Shown here: in pieces, positions 38,302 to 55,860 of the stretch
Layout: the number at the start of each line of letters is the position of its first letter
Numbering within the stretch: position 1 is the first letter of the stretch
DNA from: Podarcis liolepis
Lineage: Eukaryota
Assembly: GCA_965112155.1 (NCBI GenBank)
Contig: OZ218115.1
Strand: one strand, 5' to 3'
DNA: 64,000 nucleotides
Translations under genes and position numbers: made by a program
The notes under the pieces: model-generated
Told to the model about the DNA's origin: nothing
The model's database searches: none
The model's input: only the letters and a program-made list of their open reading frames with translations

Positions 38302-41300
38302 TGAATGGGCAACAGCGTCTAGGGTGTTCATAGGGTGAGGGCATTACCCCCATTTGTAGCCAAATCATGAAAAGCTTGCCTATAATAGATCCCAGAAAGA
38401 CTTGTAATTCTCCATGAAAGCACGAAGTAAAAACTCTGATATCTTGTGAAAATGTATGTATTATATGTATGTATAACAACCCACTTTTGTTTTAGGTTTA
38501 GGCTGCTAAGATTGCTATATTGTTTAACTCTTGCTCCCCCAAAGCTGCAAGTTGATATAGTAGGTTGTGTGGTAATAGAGGGGGGAGAGCTAGAAGGGTG
38601 AAGTAGTTGTAAAGTCCCTCTTGTTCCTTCGCGGTTAAATTTCTTCCAGCCCTTCGGCTGTGATAATTGGCATGTGCTTGAGTCTTCTCGTTGTAGCAGT
38701 CTTCCGTTAGGTGGAAATCAAGGGACTTTACATTAGGAACTTTTCTTCCTCTGTGCTGGTGTCCGGAGAGGAGCAATTGAACTTTGGGGGTGCAGGAGGG
38801 TGTATCAGGGTATGTTGCCAGGGGAGCTCATCTCCCACTGGCAACATATCTTAAATGGATTATCTTGTTGCAGCCACATGAGCCCCAATCATCAGTCTCA
38901 GTGGCACTGGGGAGGCTGCGTGGTCTGGCAAAAACAGAGATGTGCCCCAGCTTGATTGAAAAAGACAAATTCCCGAGAATTGTCTCTCACGAAGCCAGTG
39001 CACCCAGCTTAGAGTGCTGCTCAGGGTGCCCTGAGGACACGAAGTGCTTTCCTACTTTCAAGTTAACCCTAGTGTGTTGGAGGTAGCTGTGAGATGTTTC
39101 CTGCCTCCTCCCGATGTCAACACCCTGGTTCCCACATGCATTCATGGGGGGGGGGCGCAGCTGGCAGAGAAGCTTTTCTTCCCCAAAGTGCTTGGCGGGA
39201 AAAATTCAACTTTCAAATGCTGCAGCTTTTAACCCCTTGTTGTCTGGTATCTTTGCTCAAATACAGAGCGCGCAGCAGTACAGTGCCTCTGAAAGTTGTG
39301 GTGGGTTCAGAGCAAATGCTGGAACATTCCACCCTGTAGCCATTTGGGAGGGGTCAAAGACCCTTATCTCCAGTGTCAAGAGCTGGAAACATTTACGCCT
39401 CATAGTGTCAGTTGTAGATTGAAGTTTGCTGAAACCCTTCCCAGGGCTGGCTTTAATTCCCACCGCCCCCAGTGAGTGCTAACAGAAAAAGTCACTTTTT
39501 GCAAGCAGATTCCCACCCATGATCTACTGTTCCTGTTCTTTATTGGGAGTCTGGGCTCAGGGTGGAGTCTGTTGGCTTCTTCAAACTAAGCTGCATGTGA
39601 GCGCATTGTGATGTGGGTTCTGTTTTCCTGCCAAAATGTAAGGATGGGGCAGGTGGGCCTCTGTTGTTCAGAAGCTCCTACTGCTCAGCTAGGGCATTAT
39701 ATATGCATTCTCGGAAGACACAATTGGTGTTCACTCTTTTTTTCCTTTTTTTACAAGGCAGCAAAGGGAGGGGGGGTGAATTCATTTCCCCAGACCCATT
39801 GTTCCAGCAGGCTTTCAGCCCAGGTGATATACCAGGATTAGTTTAGGGACATCTAGCCTGCCAGTGTAAGCTTGCAGCGTGATCTGAGTTCTTTAAATTA
39901 CAAAAATAACAGTAGATTAAGAGGTTAGCTCTAAAGATTACCAAATTGAGTATTAATTGGAAGGGTTTTCTAGAAGTAGTCTTCACCAATGTTTAGATTT
40001 TGAACAGTATTAAAGGTTATTTCCTTTTCTGGATCAGAAGGTCCCTATTTAGTCTGAAAGGGTTACCATACCATCATTGCGTCTTCAGCCTAGTTGTTTC
40101 CTGCACAGTATGGTGATTCCTCTGTCCCTGATCTATGAGTTATGTAGACTTCCTAGCTTAGAATGCACAATTTGGGATTAGTATGAACATTTTCTCTGCT
40201 ACAGTGAAGCAGATTTTGACACTTGTGCCTTCATTTGTGTTACTCATATGAAATAGAGAAGAGTCCTCATTTTAAACAAAAAGCAACTTTGGATATTTTG
40301 AAACACAGAGATCTGAGTGGAATCTATAACAAGGCTTAAGACATTTTTTTTCCTCTTGAAGGAAGAATTCTTCAAGAAGCTCAGGAAATGCAAAGTGTTT
40401 TTCCTTAGCAGAAGTGTTAAATTTAATTTCAAACTTTTTTCAATCCTAGTCATCTCATGCTACTGCTTCTTGTACTGCAAAATCAGTCTTTGCAGGCAAA
40501 CAAAATGAAAGTGATGTTCGGACACCTTCCTGGAAGCATTGGCTAGTTGTCAAAGCTAGGTGTTAAGAGTGGTGAAGGTGCTGGGTTGGTGTAACCTTCT
40601 TTGGGTAGTTCTGGTAGGTCTTCCAGCATAATAAGGTTTTGGTCATTGAGACTAGTTAAGTAGGGTTGCAGCTTAAATTCACTGCAGGAATAAATGTGTG
40701 GCCTGAAGCTGCATTGGGTTTGCAAGTGCATGTGGAAGGGAGTCTGTCTCTTCCTCCCGCTTCTAGAGCTGCTGTGACTGGAGTCTTGCAGTGTAAGGAG
40801 AGCTGGGCAGGAGGGGTGGGGGCAGCTTCCTGATTGGCAGTTGCCTCTTCTCTCTGATTTGCCTGATAGGCTGCTTCCTCCCGCTCTGCTCACTGTAAAC
40901 AGTTCCTCTGGCTGGCAGAAGCCTTGTGCTGCCGAGTGCTGCATCCACCAGGAGCACCACTGGGAAGGAATGCCTCCTCCCTTATTTTGACTTCTTTGCT
41001 TTTGTGGCCAAGATGTTTAGCTAGTAGAGTACTTCCTTTATTTCATTCTATCCAGACAGAGGTGAAGCCTCTTTGCTGAGAGGTTTTCCTGTTTCTGGGG
41101 TGTTTAGTGTAGGGCTTAAATGCCAGTTGAGAGGGCAAGGAAAGGGGTTCTGTTACAAATCATGGCATCCTCAGTCTGGAGACAAGAGAAGCCACTGCTG
41201 CAGTGAGTGCATGAAGACAGCTTAGGTCTTCAAACCAAGTGGTAATAGATATCTCATTACATGGTGGATTGGCAGCCAAGAGGGTGGAGAGATGAGCCAG

Positions 41301-41380
41301 ATTCGCACATCTGTGCCTCCGCGGCTCAAGGTCTGAGCCCTGCTTGCATCTGAGCACAGAATTTAAGGCAGCCCTTCTGA

Positions 41381-41647
<267 letters not shown>

Positions 41648-41885
41648 TAAGGTGTGGAAGTCAGACCCTGGTCTACCTTTTTGATTCACCCACATTATTT
41701 CCTGTAGCTACTGTATTGGGCCACTAGTCTCAGAATCAGCAGAGGGCTACCAAGCTTTAAACTTCCAGAAGTCTCCCTCTGTGCTCCTTTCCTTCCCAGC
41801 AACTCTCCCTGCTGCTTAGATGTTCTGCTTTTAAAATAAATCCTGCACTGCTCACTTGCTTTAACCACATGGCACTTTGTTTTAG

Positions 41886-42086
<201 letters not shown>

Positions 42087-42295
42087 TAGTGCTCCAGGTG
42101 CAACGACTTTTTGCCAATTTGGACTGGAGCTTCTCACTTGTATTTCCATAACTGGGACCTATGCAAGGGAACCACTGGTCTTGGGGGTGTTGTTGAATTT
42201 GAGCGAATTATTCATTCCCACCTCACTTTTCTTTAATTCTTGAGAAAATATTGCTTGTGCTGTCTACAGGAAGGGGGCTGTAAAGGCCTGGGTAG

Positions 42296-42628
<333 letters not shown>

Positions 42629-42785
42629 TAGATTGAGGTGGCGTTTGTGGTACTGACTTAGAAGAGAGTGGGTCTTTTGAGCCCTGACAGGGATGCTAGT
42701 TCCAGCCTCAGCATCTTGAAAGGCTGGCAGGCAGGATCAAGCACTGCAGGTGGAGTGATCTCTCTGCTGTGTTTTTCTCCCCCAG

Positions 42786-42870
42786 AATCTCTAACGTGGA
42801 ACAAGCCCACCCTGAGTGGGGTGGCTCCCCTCCCACGCAGTCTGCATTCAGCCACAACTATTGGGAACAA
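42786..42870 (+). CDS. HCFC1: HCFC1 exon 5
   Basis: [27 protein letters not shown]. Confidence 0.95.
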
Positions 42871-42934
42871 GTAAGACCTGTCTCTGACATTCTTTAGCCT
42901 GATTTCTCACTGCTTTTGAAAGCCTAATTCCTAG

Positions 42935-43453
<519 letters not shown>

Positions 43454-45049
43454 TAGGCACTGTTGGGGGAATTTCATGTTTGAGTGCTCTCTCCCTCTGC
43501 ATGTTTACTGTGGGAAGCAGGATTTAATCTTGCCTTGTTCCCAAGAAGCTAACTTTACACATGCAAGGAGCTTCTAATGTAGGGACAACAAACAGGTGGT
43601 GTGTATTGTAGTGCCATCTTGCATTCTGGAGTAATAAACATAATTCATCTGCTTGAATTCCCTCCACATGAGAAGTTCTTTGCCTGTGAACAGCTAGCTT
43701 TTTAGGAGAAGGTGACTATATTTTGACAAGCTAGTTTTCTGGCGGCGGGGTGCGGGGTGGAGAAGCATTCAGGCATGCTCTTCCTCCATTTGCAGTTGGG
43801 CGTGATCTGCAATATTACTTTTCTGAACATGTAGGTGTTGCCTTACTATCAGCATCTCTCTTGATTGTTGAGGATGTGGTGGTTTGCCCTGGTTCCCTCT
43901 TGTACTGCTTTACAGGGAGTCTGCAGTATATTTAGTTTGCAGTAGACTGAAAAGACAATCTGAATTTGGCTTCTTACTCTAGCAAACTACATTTAATCTG
44001 TACCTAGCACCCAAACAGTGGGCATAGTGACTCCACTCTCACTATTTTCCAGACCCACTGGTAGGTGGGATGAAGGAAGCTTCTGGCAACCTCCCTCCCT
44101 GCAAAAGTAGGAATGGAACTCCTCCTTCTTCCTCGGTTGTATGCCATTCTGTTCAGTATGCACATGTCAGGGTTCAGATCTTCTCTTACACTGATATCAC
44201 ACCTTCCCATACCATATCTTTTCCCCTGTAATCATTTCCTGAAGTGCCCCTCCAGCTTTCCCTCCTGTCCCTCAAAATCCCTACAGCAATAAAGAAGGCA
44301 GCAGCCCCTCCACACCCACTCCCTTGCACTTTCCTGAGCCTTTGCATGTCCCCTCCACCAGTGGATGCTCCGTGACTCAAGAGAGAATGTGCCATTCCCT
44401 TCAGGCACTGCTCCTATGGGGAAAGATCCAGATTACCACATCCCAGCCACTTCTGCCTAGGGGAGAGAGAGTTTTTTCCTCTGCTCTTAAACTAAATCCA
44501 ATATTTGCCTGGCATTATGTCGGATGTTGTCAACAAATTTTCACCAGTTGCTGCAGAAATGGGAAGGAGAGCTCCATTTCACTCAAAGGAACATTTTCCT
44601 GTATCCATAACTATCAACACAGTAGGAGAGGGACCTCTAGCTGGCATTGTTTTCTTTCAGCCTCCTGGTATATGCACTGTTATTCTCCCCCAACTTCCAA
44701 ATATGTTCACCTGAAAAGGGTCTTAGAATGGGAAAAGGTAAACAAGATTTAGACCATCGAGAGAAGCAAGCCGAGGCAATAATGCTGCTTACATGCTGGT
44801 GGCTTTTGTTCATCAGCACCTATGCTGCTGCTGCAAAATAGTCTGGGAAGAGCTAAAAAGAAAATGTTGATGGGCCTGGACTGGTTTGCCCTTGCTTTTA
44901 GAGTAGTGCCCAGGAATAAGTGTGTGAAATGGTATTGAATAGCTTTAGAGGAAAGGTTCTCTAAGAAATGTGATGGGATCGAGTTTCCTTTGCAGAGTAC
45001 CCGCAGTGTCCTCTTCCTAATGCCATCTGTTCTTATTCTTCTGTTCCAG

Positions 45050-45460
45050 AGAAACCTCCGTCGCCTTCACGGGTGCAGCTGGTTCGTGCCAACACCAATT
45101 CCCTGGAAGTGAGCTGGGGCTCTGTCCCAACAGCTGACACTTACCTGTTGCAGCTCCAGAAGTATGACATCCCAGCTGCCACCTCGCCGGCTGCCAATCC
45201 TGTGCCCTCAGTGCCTGTCAACCCCCCCAAGAGCCCCGCTCCAGCTGCAGCTGCCCCTGTCCCCACAGTGCAGCCCCTGGCGCAAATGGGCATTACCCTG
45301 CTGCCCCAGACCACAGCTGTTGCAGCTGCTGCTGGTGCCGTGGCTGCTGCCGCCGCCGCCGCCCCACCTACCACAACCACCATCCAGGTGCTGCCTACTG
45401 TGCCTAGCAGCCCAATGCCTGTGCCTGCCGCTGCCGCTGCCGCCACTCCTCGTCCTCAAG
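45050..45460 (+). CDS. HCFC1: HCFC1 exon 8
   Basis: [23 protein letters not shown]...ATPRPQ|gtaaag. Confidence 0.94.
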
Positions 45461-46232
45461 GTAAAGGGAAATCCTAGAGGGCAGCAGGGAGCACAGGACT
45501 CTTTATATTTTCAACTAAAACCCCATCCCATCCTTGCCAGGAATAGATATTTTTATGGTGCAAGCAGGCATCTTTGTGAGCACACACTTTCTTCCCATTA
45601 ACATCTGGTGAAAGAGCCATGCAGCTCCACCCGCAGGGCCCTCTTTACAGTAGCCCCAGGTTTTAGAAAGACCTCCCAAAGGAGGAACAGCAGAACACCT
45701 TCAACAAAATTAAAATAACATTTATTTTGTAAGATTATTAGCATGTGCATCTTTGAGCGTAGGGTGTGTTGGTCTAAATATTTTAAATGAAATACATAAG
45801 AGCCAAATCCCAGTCTGTATTTGGGGCTTTTAAGTCAATGTCTACCCCCCCCCCAAAGGGAGCTCTCAGAAAAATATCTGAGTATGTTTGCCTAACAGTG
45901 AATCACATAAGGGGACATAAGTTGGAAGCGGGAAGGAGCGGAGCTGCGTTGAACAGTGTGTGCTTTTAAGGCCCTCATTTTTGTTTTTAAAATAAGCTTC
46001 CAGTTCCCTATTCTTCATTGACGCGTATATATTTCCTCACCAGTTCAAGGGGGAGGACGCTGTTTTTGGGATTTTACTTACTGCACTTGGGGCAAGTGAT
46101 CAAGGGGAAACGTACACTTTCCATGCCAACTGTCTGCTTTTTGCGAGGGCAGCCAGCTTGAGAACCATCATAGTAACTAGGAATCTAGGACACAAACATG
46201 TCTTACTTGGTTTTTGTCCTCTTCCTTGGCAG

Positions 46233-46393
46233 CTGTCCCAGCTGTGCTGAAGGTGACAGGCCCACAAGCTACTACAGGGACTCCATTGGTGACGGTGCGT
46301 TCAGCAGGGCAGGCTGGGAAGGGGCCTGTGACAGTTACTTCACTGCCGGCCGGAGTGCGTATGGTGGTACCCACGCAGAACACTCAAGGGACA
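46233..46393 (+). CDS. HCFC1: HCFC1 exon 9
   Basis: [20 protein letters not shown]...PTQNTQGT. Confidence 0.94.
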
Positions 46394-46486
46394 GTGAGTA
46401 TCGCTTAAAAGAATGGGGGGGGGGCTGTGCTGGAAGGAACTAATTCTCTGTCCTAAGACAAGAACTTCAGGACATTAACTTCCTGA

Positions 46487-46852
<366 letters not shown>

Positions 46853-46855
46853 TAA

Positions 46856-47458
<603 letters not shown>

Positions 47459-47556
47459 TAACCCAGCTTCTCCTCAATAAGAATGAGAAGAGTGGTAAGA
47501 GAAAGTCCCTTCATTTTTGGACATGTCAGGAGCAACCCAATCTTGTTTTCTCCTGA

Positions 47557-47769
<213 letters not shown>

Positions 47770-48023
47770 TGAGGCTCACTCATTAATTTTCAACACACTT
47801 TTAGGCATATACTTGGAGGGACCGAAAGCAATATTAAGTTATTCTGATTATCACAAATTTTTCCATGGTGGCCTTTGTTACTTGCTTCTTGTGAACAATT
47901 TAGGTTCCTGCTCTTCTAGAGCTTCAGGTTTTTTTGTACGGCCTCCCTATTTGTTGAGTGTAAGGATATTGAGATGCTTGTTCTGCGCATCGTTTATTCT
48001 CTGTGTTTTCTCTGTTTCTCCAG

Positions 48024-48243
48024 ACCAAAGGGCCCCTGCCTGCTGGCACTATCCTAAAGTTGGTGACCTCAGCAGATGGCAAGCCCACCACAATCATCAC
48101 CACCTCCCAGGCAGGCGGGACAGGCACCAAGCCCACCATTCTGGGCATCAGCAGTGTCTCTCCAAATACAACGAAGCCTGGCACCACAACCATCATCAAG
48201 ACCATCCCCATGTCTGCTATTATTACCCAGTCAGGTGCCACAG
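48024..48243 (+). CDS. HCFC1: HCFC1 exon 13
   Basis: [21 protein letters not shown]...ITQSGAT. Confidence 0.95.
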
Positions 48244-48247
48244 GTAG

Positions 48248-48598
<351 letters not shown>

Positions 48599-48649
48599 TG
48601 AGAGGGCACTGAGTGCTGCGTTGTCCTGAGCTGCAACTCGAGTTCTTAA

Positions 48650-48898
<249 letters not shown>

Positions 48899-49033
48899 TG
48901 AGGGAAGGTTGCCTGTTAGGTAGAATGCTGGCTACACCTTGGCTTGTGCTTCCTGTAAATTGGTTGCCAGCTGTGTTTTCTTGCTGCTCTACTGCCTATA
49001 TGTCCCTAGAATAGCAGCCTCATGGGACACTGA

Positions 49034-49438
<405 letters not shown>

Positions 49439-50617
49439 TAAAACTGGTGAGCCAAGGATAACTTGTGGCGCTTACTATTGTAACAAGATGGTTGCTGGCT
49501 AAGGTGGCTTCAAAAGGGGAACAGACGGATTCATAGATTCTCTTGTTGGTTATTAGCTGTGATAGCCAAGTGGAACCTATGCGTGTCACTCAGCTGGTGA
49601 TAAGGCTTCTGTCTGCAAAATGCAGAGGGAAGCAATTATCAGTCCCTCAACTCTCTGGAGCATATTTATGGAGGTTGGAGAGGCGGGAGGGGGAGTTACT
49701 GGAAATTATTTTCTTCCCCATTGTGCTGACAGAAGCCTTCCCTTCAGCTGAACAACACAGTAGGATACAGCCCACTGTGTTCAGTGCAATGTAGTCCTGT
49801 AAACCAGTTCCTGGGAACTAAGCAGGGAGAAAACAGTTCTCTTTGGTTTAGTGGCCCTGGGACGAAAGTTCCCTCTGTTCTCATGGCCCCAGTATTTTAA
49901 TTTACAGCAGCTGTGGTCTAGCAAATACTTGTTGTCCAAGATCTGAAACCCCAAGGTGAGCTTTATGTCAAGTGTGTATGTGTGCATGAGAGAGAGAGAC
50001 AATATTCTTGTTTATAAAACCCAATAAAACCCTATTGCAGAATTCACTGTCCTTGGGTTATTATAGCCTCCCTGAACACTAGCCTGCTATTATATCTGTA
50101 AGGCCAAGCAAGAAGGAAGGCAGACTTTAAGCTCTGCAGCACCTTAACTTGCTTATTTGTGGTGCTGCAGGAAGGATCTGTAGTCTGTCTTCTCCGGGTG
50201 GAGGCTTGCAGACCATTGGTCACCTGAACTAGCCTCTTAACAGGTCTCATGTCCACTTTCCCTATGAGCAAGATCAAGGCTGTTATACGGCTTACACAAA
50301 ATGAGGTGATAGAACTGTGGACTGTAGTGCTTCAGATTCAAGGTGAGTTGGGGAGGTTATATTTTTGATGACTCCCCACAAACTAACTTTTTCTGTCTGT
50401 AGAGAAGAGTACTATGTTAAATAGTTCTCCGTTATATACTGAGAAGCATTCAAAAACAAAATTGCCAACTGCATCCTGAGCTGATGTGGTTCCACCATCT
50501 CATTCTGAGTAATTTGTAAAATTGTTCTAAGACTTATTTTTTAATGGTGCAGAAAAAGTCCCTGACCGAGGTGTTTATGCTAACGTGTGCGTATTGGTCT
50601 CTGCTTATTATCTCTAG

Positions 50618-52352
50618 CCTGTGTCCCAGCCTACTCAAGTCACCCTGATTACGACACCCAGCGGCGTGGAGGCCCAGCCAGTGCATGACTTGCCCGTCTC
50701 TATCTTGGCCTCGCCTACCACGGAGCAGCCCACAGCTACTGTTGCAATTGCTGAATCAGGGCAGGGAGACGCACAGCCAGGCACCGTCACTTTGGTGTGC
50801 TCCAATCCGCCATGCGAGACACACGAAACGGGCACCACCAACACAGCCACAACAACTGTAGTGGGCACTTTGGGTGGGCCGACCCAGGTGCAGTTTGTGT
50901 GTGAGGGGCAAGAGGGTGGTGGGCTTCAGCCCAATGGGAGAGTCGTGCGGGTATGTTCAAATCCTCCTTGTGAGACCCATGAAACAGGCACCACCAACAC
51001 TGCCACCACTGTGCGGAGTGCTGGGCAAAAGGTGTGCTCCAACCCACCCTGCGAAACACATGAGACTGGAACTACCAATACAGCCACCACCTCCAGGATT
51101 GAGAAGACAACTGCAGATCCGCCATGCCAAACTTTCCAGACTAGTGCCACTAGCACTACCATGACAGTGAAACCCATTGTGGGCACAGGTCAGCTAGTGT
51201 GCTCCAACCCACCCTGTGAAACCCATGAGACGGGAACCACCAACACAGCCACCACTGCCACCTCTAACATGGGCCGAGGGCAACCTGATGGTGAGCAGAA
51301 AGAACCAACCAACCCCCCATGCCAGACAAAGCAGACTAATACAACCAGCACCACCATGTCTGCAAAAGCAGATGTGCCCACTGAGCAACCATGTGCAGTC
51401 CGGATGGTGAGCTTTACTTCAGCTTCTGGTGTGCCCAGCGTTTCCTCTGGCACCACCACCACAGTGCAGGCCAGCGAAAGACTACCAGCCCCCAAAAGCC
51501 TACAGTGTGAATCCCATCACACCCACACCACCAATACTGCCACTACAGCTCGGTCTCTGATGGGCCGAGGGCAGCCTGACGGTGAGTGGGTGGGATCCGC
51601 CAACCCTCCGTGCCAAACGCAGCAGACCTGTTCCACCAGCACCACCATGTCTGCCAAAGCAGATTTGCCTACAAAGCAGCTGTGCACAGTGCAGATGGCA
51701 TTGCCCGATTCAGGTTCAACGCTGCCCCCCTCAAGCACACCTTGCGAGACCAGCAAAACGGGCGCCAAGGATTCAGGCCCCCAGGTGTGCTCCAATCCAC
51801 CTTGCGAGACTCACGAAACGGGCACCACTAACACAGCTACTGTATCCACGTCAAACCAGGGTACTTCACAGCCACTTTGCTCCAACCCACCTTGCGAGAC
51901 TCACGAAACAGGCACCACCAACACATCTACAACAGCCACTTCCAGCATGGGCGTAGGGCAGCAAGTGTGCTCCAACCCTCCTTGCGAGACTCATGAGACT
52001 GGCACCACCAACACAGCAACCACCACAACATCAAACATGGGCGCAGGGCAGGGTGAAGGTGCTGGGCAAACTCCTGCTGCTCCACCCTGCGAAACACAGC
52101 AGACGAGCTCCACCAGTACTACTATGACGTCCAGCACCGGAGGTGATGGCACCCACATTTCCAGCTCAACCTCTTTGCCGGTGGGGGGCTCTGAATCAGG
52201 AAAAGCCCCTGAGGGAGAAAGTCCAGGTACTGAAGGATTACCGCTTCAGAACCCAACCGCCAGGGTGTGCTCAAATCCTCCTTGTGAGACCCACGAGACT
52301 GGAACGACCCACACAGCCACCACTGTCACCTCCTCCATGGGGGCCAATCAAG
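50618..52352 (+). CDS. HCFC1: HCFC1 exon 17 (HCF-1PRO repeat exon)
   Basis: [16 protein letters not shown]...; eight [14 protein letters not shown] repeats; ends SSMGANQ|gtaag; 1735 nt. Confidence 0.96.
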
Positions 52353-53090
52353 GTAAGATCAGGCAGGAGAGGAACTCTGGAGAGGCACCTGCTCCCATCT
52401 TGCATTTGGATGCCTTGGGCCAGTGGCGTTCAGGTGGGGGGACGGACCCTGGGGATCTCTGGAAGCTTTACATTGTGACACCTTATGGTGTCAGAGTAAC
52501 CAGGAGCACTGCTTGGGTCCCTGTGTCATTTGCCCTAACTTTATACATTCAGTTTTCCTCAATCAAGTACCTCTTCTTGCTTGAGCAGGACTGGGCTCCT
52601 TGCACCACCTTTGGCATCCTTGTTTTCATGCAGTCAGTGAAATAAGTTCTGCATCTCTAAAGAGCAGCTGTTTTGAAAACTTTTGTCAGGGACTCAGGGG
52701 GGAAATAGTAATGGCAGGCTTCTCTTCTTCAGAAGAGTGTTGGGCTTACCCCAGGTCACATTCTCAGCTCACAGAATAATGCTTAGTCTATAGACTTGCT
52801 CAGTGCCTTGGAGAAACAGCATGTGTATTTTTCTAACTGCCCTGAAATTCTTTGCAACACACATAGAAATCATTGGCAGACAAGTTCATGGAAAATGTGC
52901 TTTCAGAATTCAGAGGTCTGCGAAAAATGCTCTGGAGGACACCAGCTTTGATGCAAGTTTGGCTGCCTTATCGGTTCTTCTTCTATAGGAACCTAAGTCT
53001 TGGTTTACTGCTGTCTGGAGAACATGAACAGGCAAATGGAATCTAAAGTTGTGGCTTTGCTCTCATTGCATAACCATTTCCTCTTTGCAG

Positions 53091-53257
53091 ACCAGCCACC
53101 TGCCACCAATGGCCAACAGGGGGAACCTGAGTCAACCGTGACTGAGAGCCCAGCTGCCAGTAGCCCCAGTACTGTTACAACCACCGTTGCCTCCACACTG
53201 CCCAGGGCTGTCACCACCGTGACACAGTCAACCCCCCCGCCAGGACCCTCTGTGCCG
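53091..53257 (+). CDS. HCFC1: HCFC1 exon 18
   Basis: [15 protein letters not shown]...[18 protein letters not shown]. Confidence 0.93.
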
Positions 53258-54314
53258 GTAAGAACCACGGAACGAGAACTGGGCTTGAAATAAAACTTGT
53301 TCTTCCACCCTCATCTATTCCATGGGATATGCCAGAAGTTGAGGCTCTAAGGCCCACAGCGGGCTTCGAGGGAGGGAGGTACTTCCAACACTGACCAAAG
53401 AGCCGTCCTCATCTGGCTCTAAACTAGCTGGGCTCACAAGGGAGTGGTCACTAGGGCAGAGCATGGAGGAGAGAGTCGCCTTTTTATTCCTGCTTCTCCT
53501 CTCCTCATTGCTCATATGCTCACCTGCTAATACTTTATACGCAGCAATACAAATGGAGTTTAGAGAAACATTTGTTTATTCGGCCTGTTGGCAGTGGCCA
53601 TTGAGAAGCGCAGCAGTAGCAGCACAGTTCCTCCTTGGAGCCTGCCTTGAACCTTGTCTCCCAGTGCATCATTTTCTGATCCTAGAGTTGCCCCTAGGTG
53701 GTTTGCTGATCCAGTCCCTGATCTTTCTCTCAGTTTGAACTCAAAATGAAGAGGAATGTGGGGAACTCAGCTTTAATTCCTGCTGCTTCCTTTATTTTTT
53801 ATCCTTCTACATGTTACATTTGTGTGAGAACAACTTAATATCCTGCAAAGCTCCATTTCTGGCTCCTCGTAACAATACACTCTACCCCAAATGCATGCCA
53901 AAAGATCCTTAAGGGGTACCAGCATTCATTCCTCAAAAGCAAGACAAATAAAATGAGAAAGAAATACATACCAGAGAACAGGGAGCTGAAATGCCTGGTT
54001 GCGACTGTTAAACAGAAATGCTGTGCTTGGGGCCTTTTAGGGACAAGTGATAGAATGGCTGGCTCCATCTTGCTCTGCTTCTAACCTTCCCAAAAGCATT
54101 TGGTTGACTAAGCTACAAAGTTCTGGGCCAGATGGACCTTCAGTCTGATCCAGCATAAGCAATTCTGCCTTAATGTTGCAAGTTGCCTAAAAGCTGCTAG
54201 CAAACCTTGTGAGGCGGAGACAGACTCAGTAAAGAAATTCTCCAAAGACGATGCCAAGCTTGCCTTTCCATCGCCCAGCCTTCTGATGCCAGGTCCAGCA
54301 TGCCCAGCATCTAG

Positions 54315-54893
<579 letters not shown>

Positions 54894-55091
54894 TGATCTC
54901 CTCTCTCTTCTGGTTGGCCCTGGGGTTATTGGGCAGGGAGTGTCCCGCTTGCAGTCATCCCTACATATTTATTCACCCAGCTGAGGTGGGGCACAGCCTC
55001 CTGCCCCTCCCTTCTGCTTTGCGTTAGCGGAGCATATATCTTTCCTGCAACCTTGTTCTGCCTCCAATTCCATCCTCTGGCATTTTTGCAG

Positions 55092-55454
55092 GTCCTGGAG
55101 AGGCCATGGATACATCTGAAGCAGCGGCAACCCAAGCGGAGCTCGGCCACTTGGCCTCGGAGAGCCCTGAGGGCCAGGCCACCGCCATCCCCATTGTGCT
55201 CACCCAGCAAGAACTGGCTGCCCTCGTGCAGCAGCAGCACCAGCTTCAGGAAGCTCAGGCGGCGGCAGTAGCGGCAGCCGCGGCGGCAGCTCAGCAACAG
55301 CCACCTCAGCACCCGCTGCCTTCCCACTTGCCCACAGAAGCCCTGGCCCCTGCTGACAGCCTCAACGACCCTGCCAGTGAGAGCAACGGCCTCAACGAGT
55401 TGGCTAGTGCAGTTACGAGTACAGTTGGGCTGTTACCCCCTACGCCCACAGAGA
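55092..55454 (+). CDS. HCFC1: HCFC1 exon 20
   Basis: [20 protein letters not shown]...LLPPTPTE. Confidence 0.93.
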
Positions 55455-55860
55455 GTAAGTAGTGCCATACGTGTCCTGTAGAGTGGGGGCGCTCCGCCTT
55501 CTGGTGGCAGGAGGCTGTGGACTGCTGCTTGATGTGGGGGGTGATCTCACACCCAACCTTTCCCTAAGCTGATGGCCTCCAAAGATGTCCCATCAGGCCT
55601 CACCCTTGGCTGCAGTGGTTGGGGCTGGTGGGAATCCAGCTTCCTCTGGAGGGCTCCAGGTGGGCGGAGACTAGTGCTTAGGATACCCTCCGCCCTTTTT
55701 CAGTCTCGGTGGTGTGGGTCTCTTGGTTAAGGTGGGATTAGGTTTTGGAACTTGTACTTTACTCTCCAGCTCTAATGGTGGAGAGATGCTTTGGAGGACA
55801 AATGATCAAGGTCTGAAATTTTCATTATTGTCTTCTCTGAACATGATTTTCCTCTTCCAG

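Noticed and set aside
50789-52345. Regularly spaced near-identical repeats resembling a CRISPR array
   Set aside because: They are in-frame protein repeats (HCF-1PRO) with synonymous third-position variation, inside a eukaryotic exon.
52353-52645. C-terminal extension of the 674-aa ORF
   Set aside because: It follows a consensus donor (CAAG|gtaaga), and homology resumes at 53091, so it is intronic.
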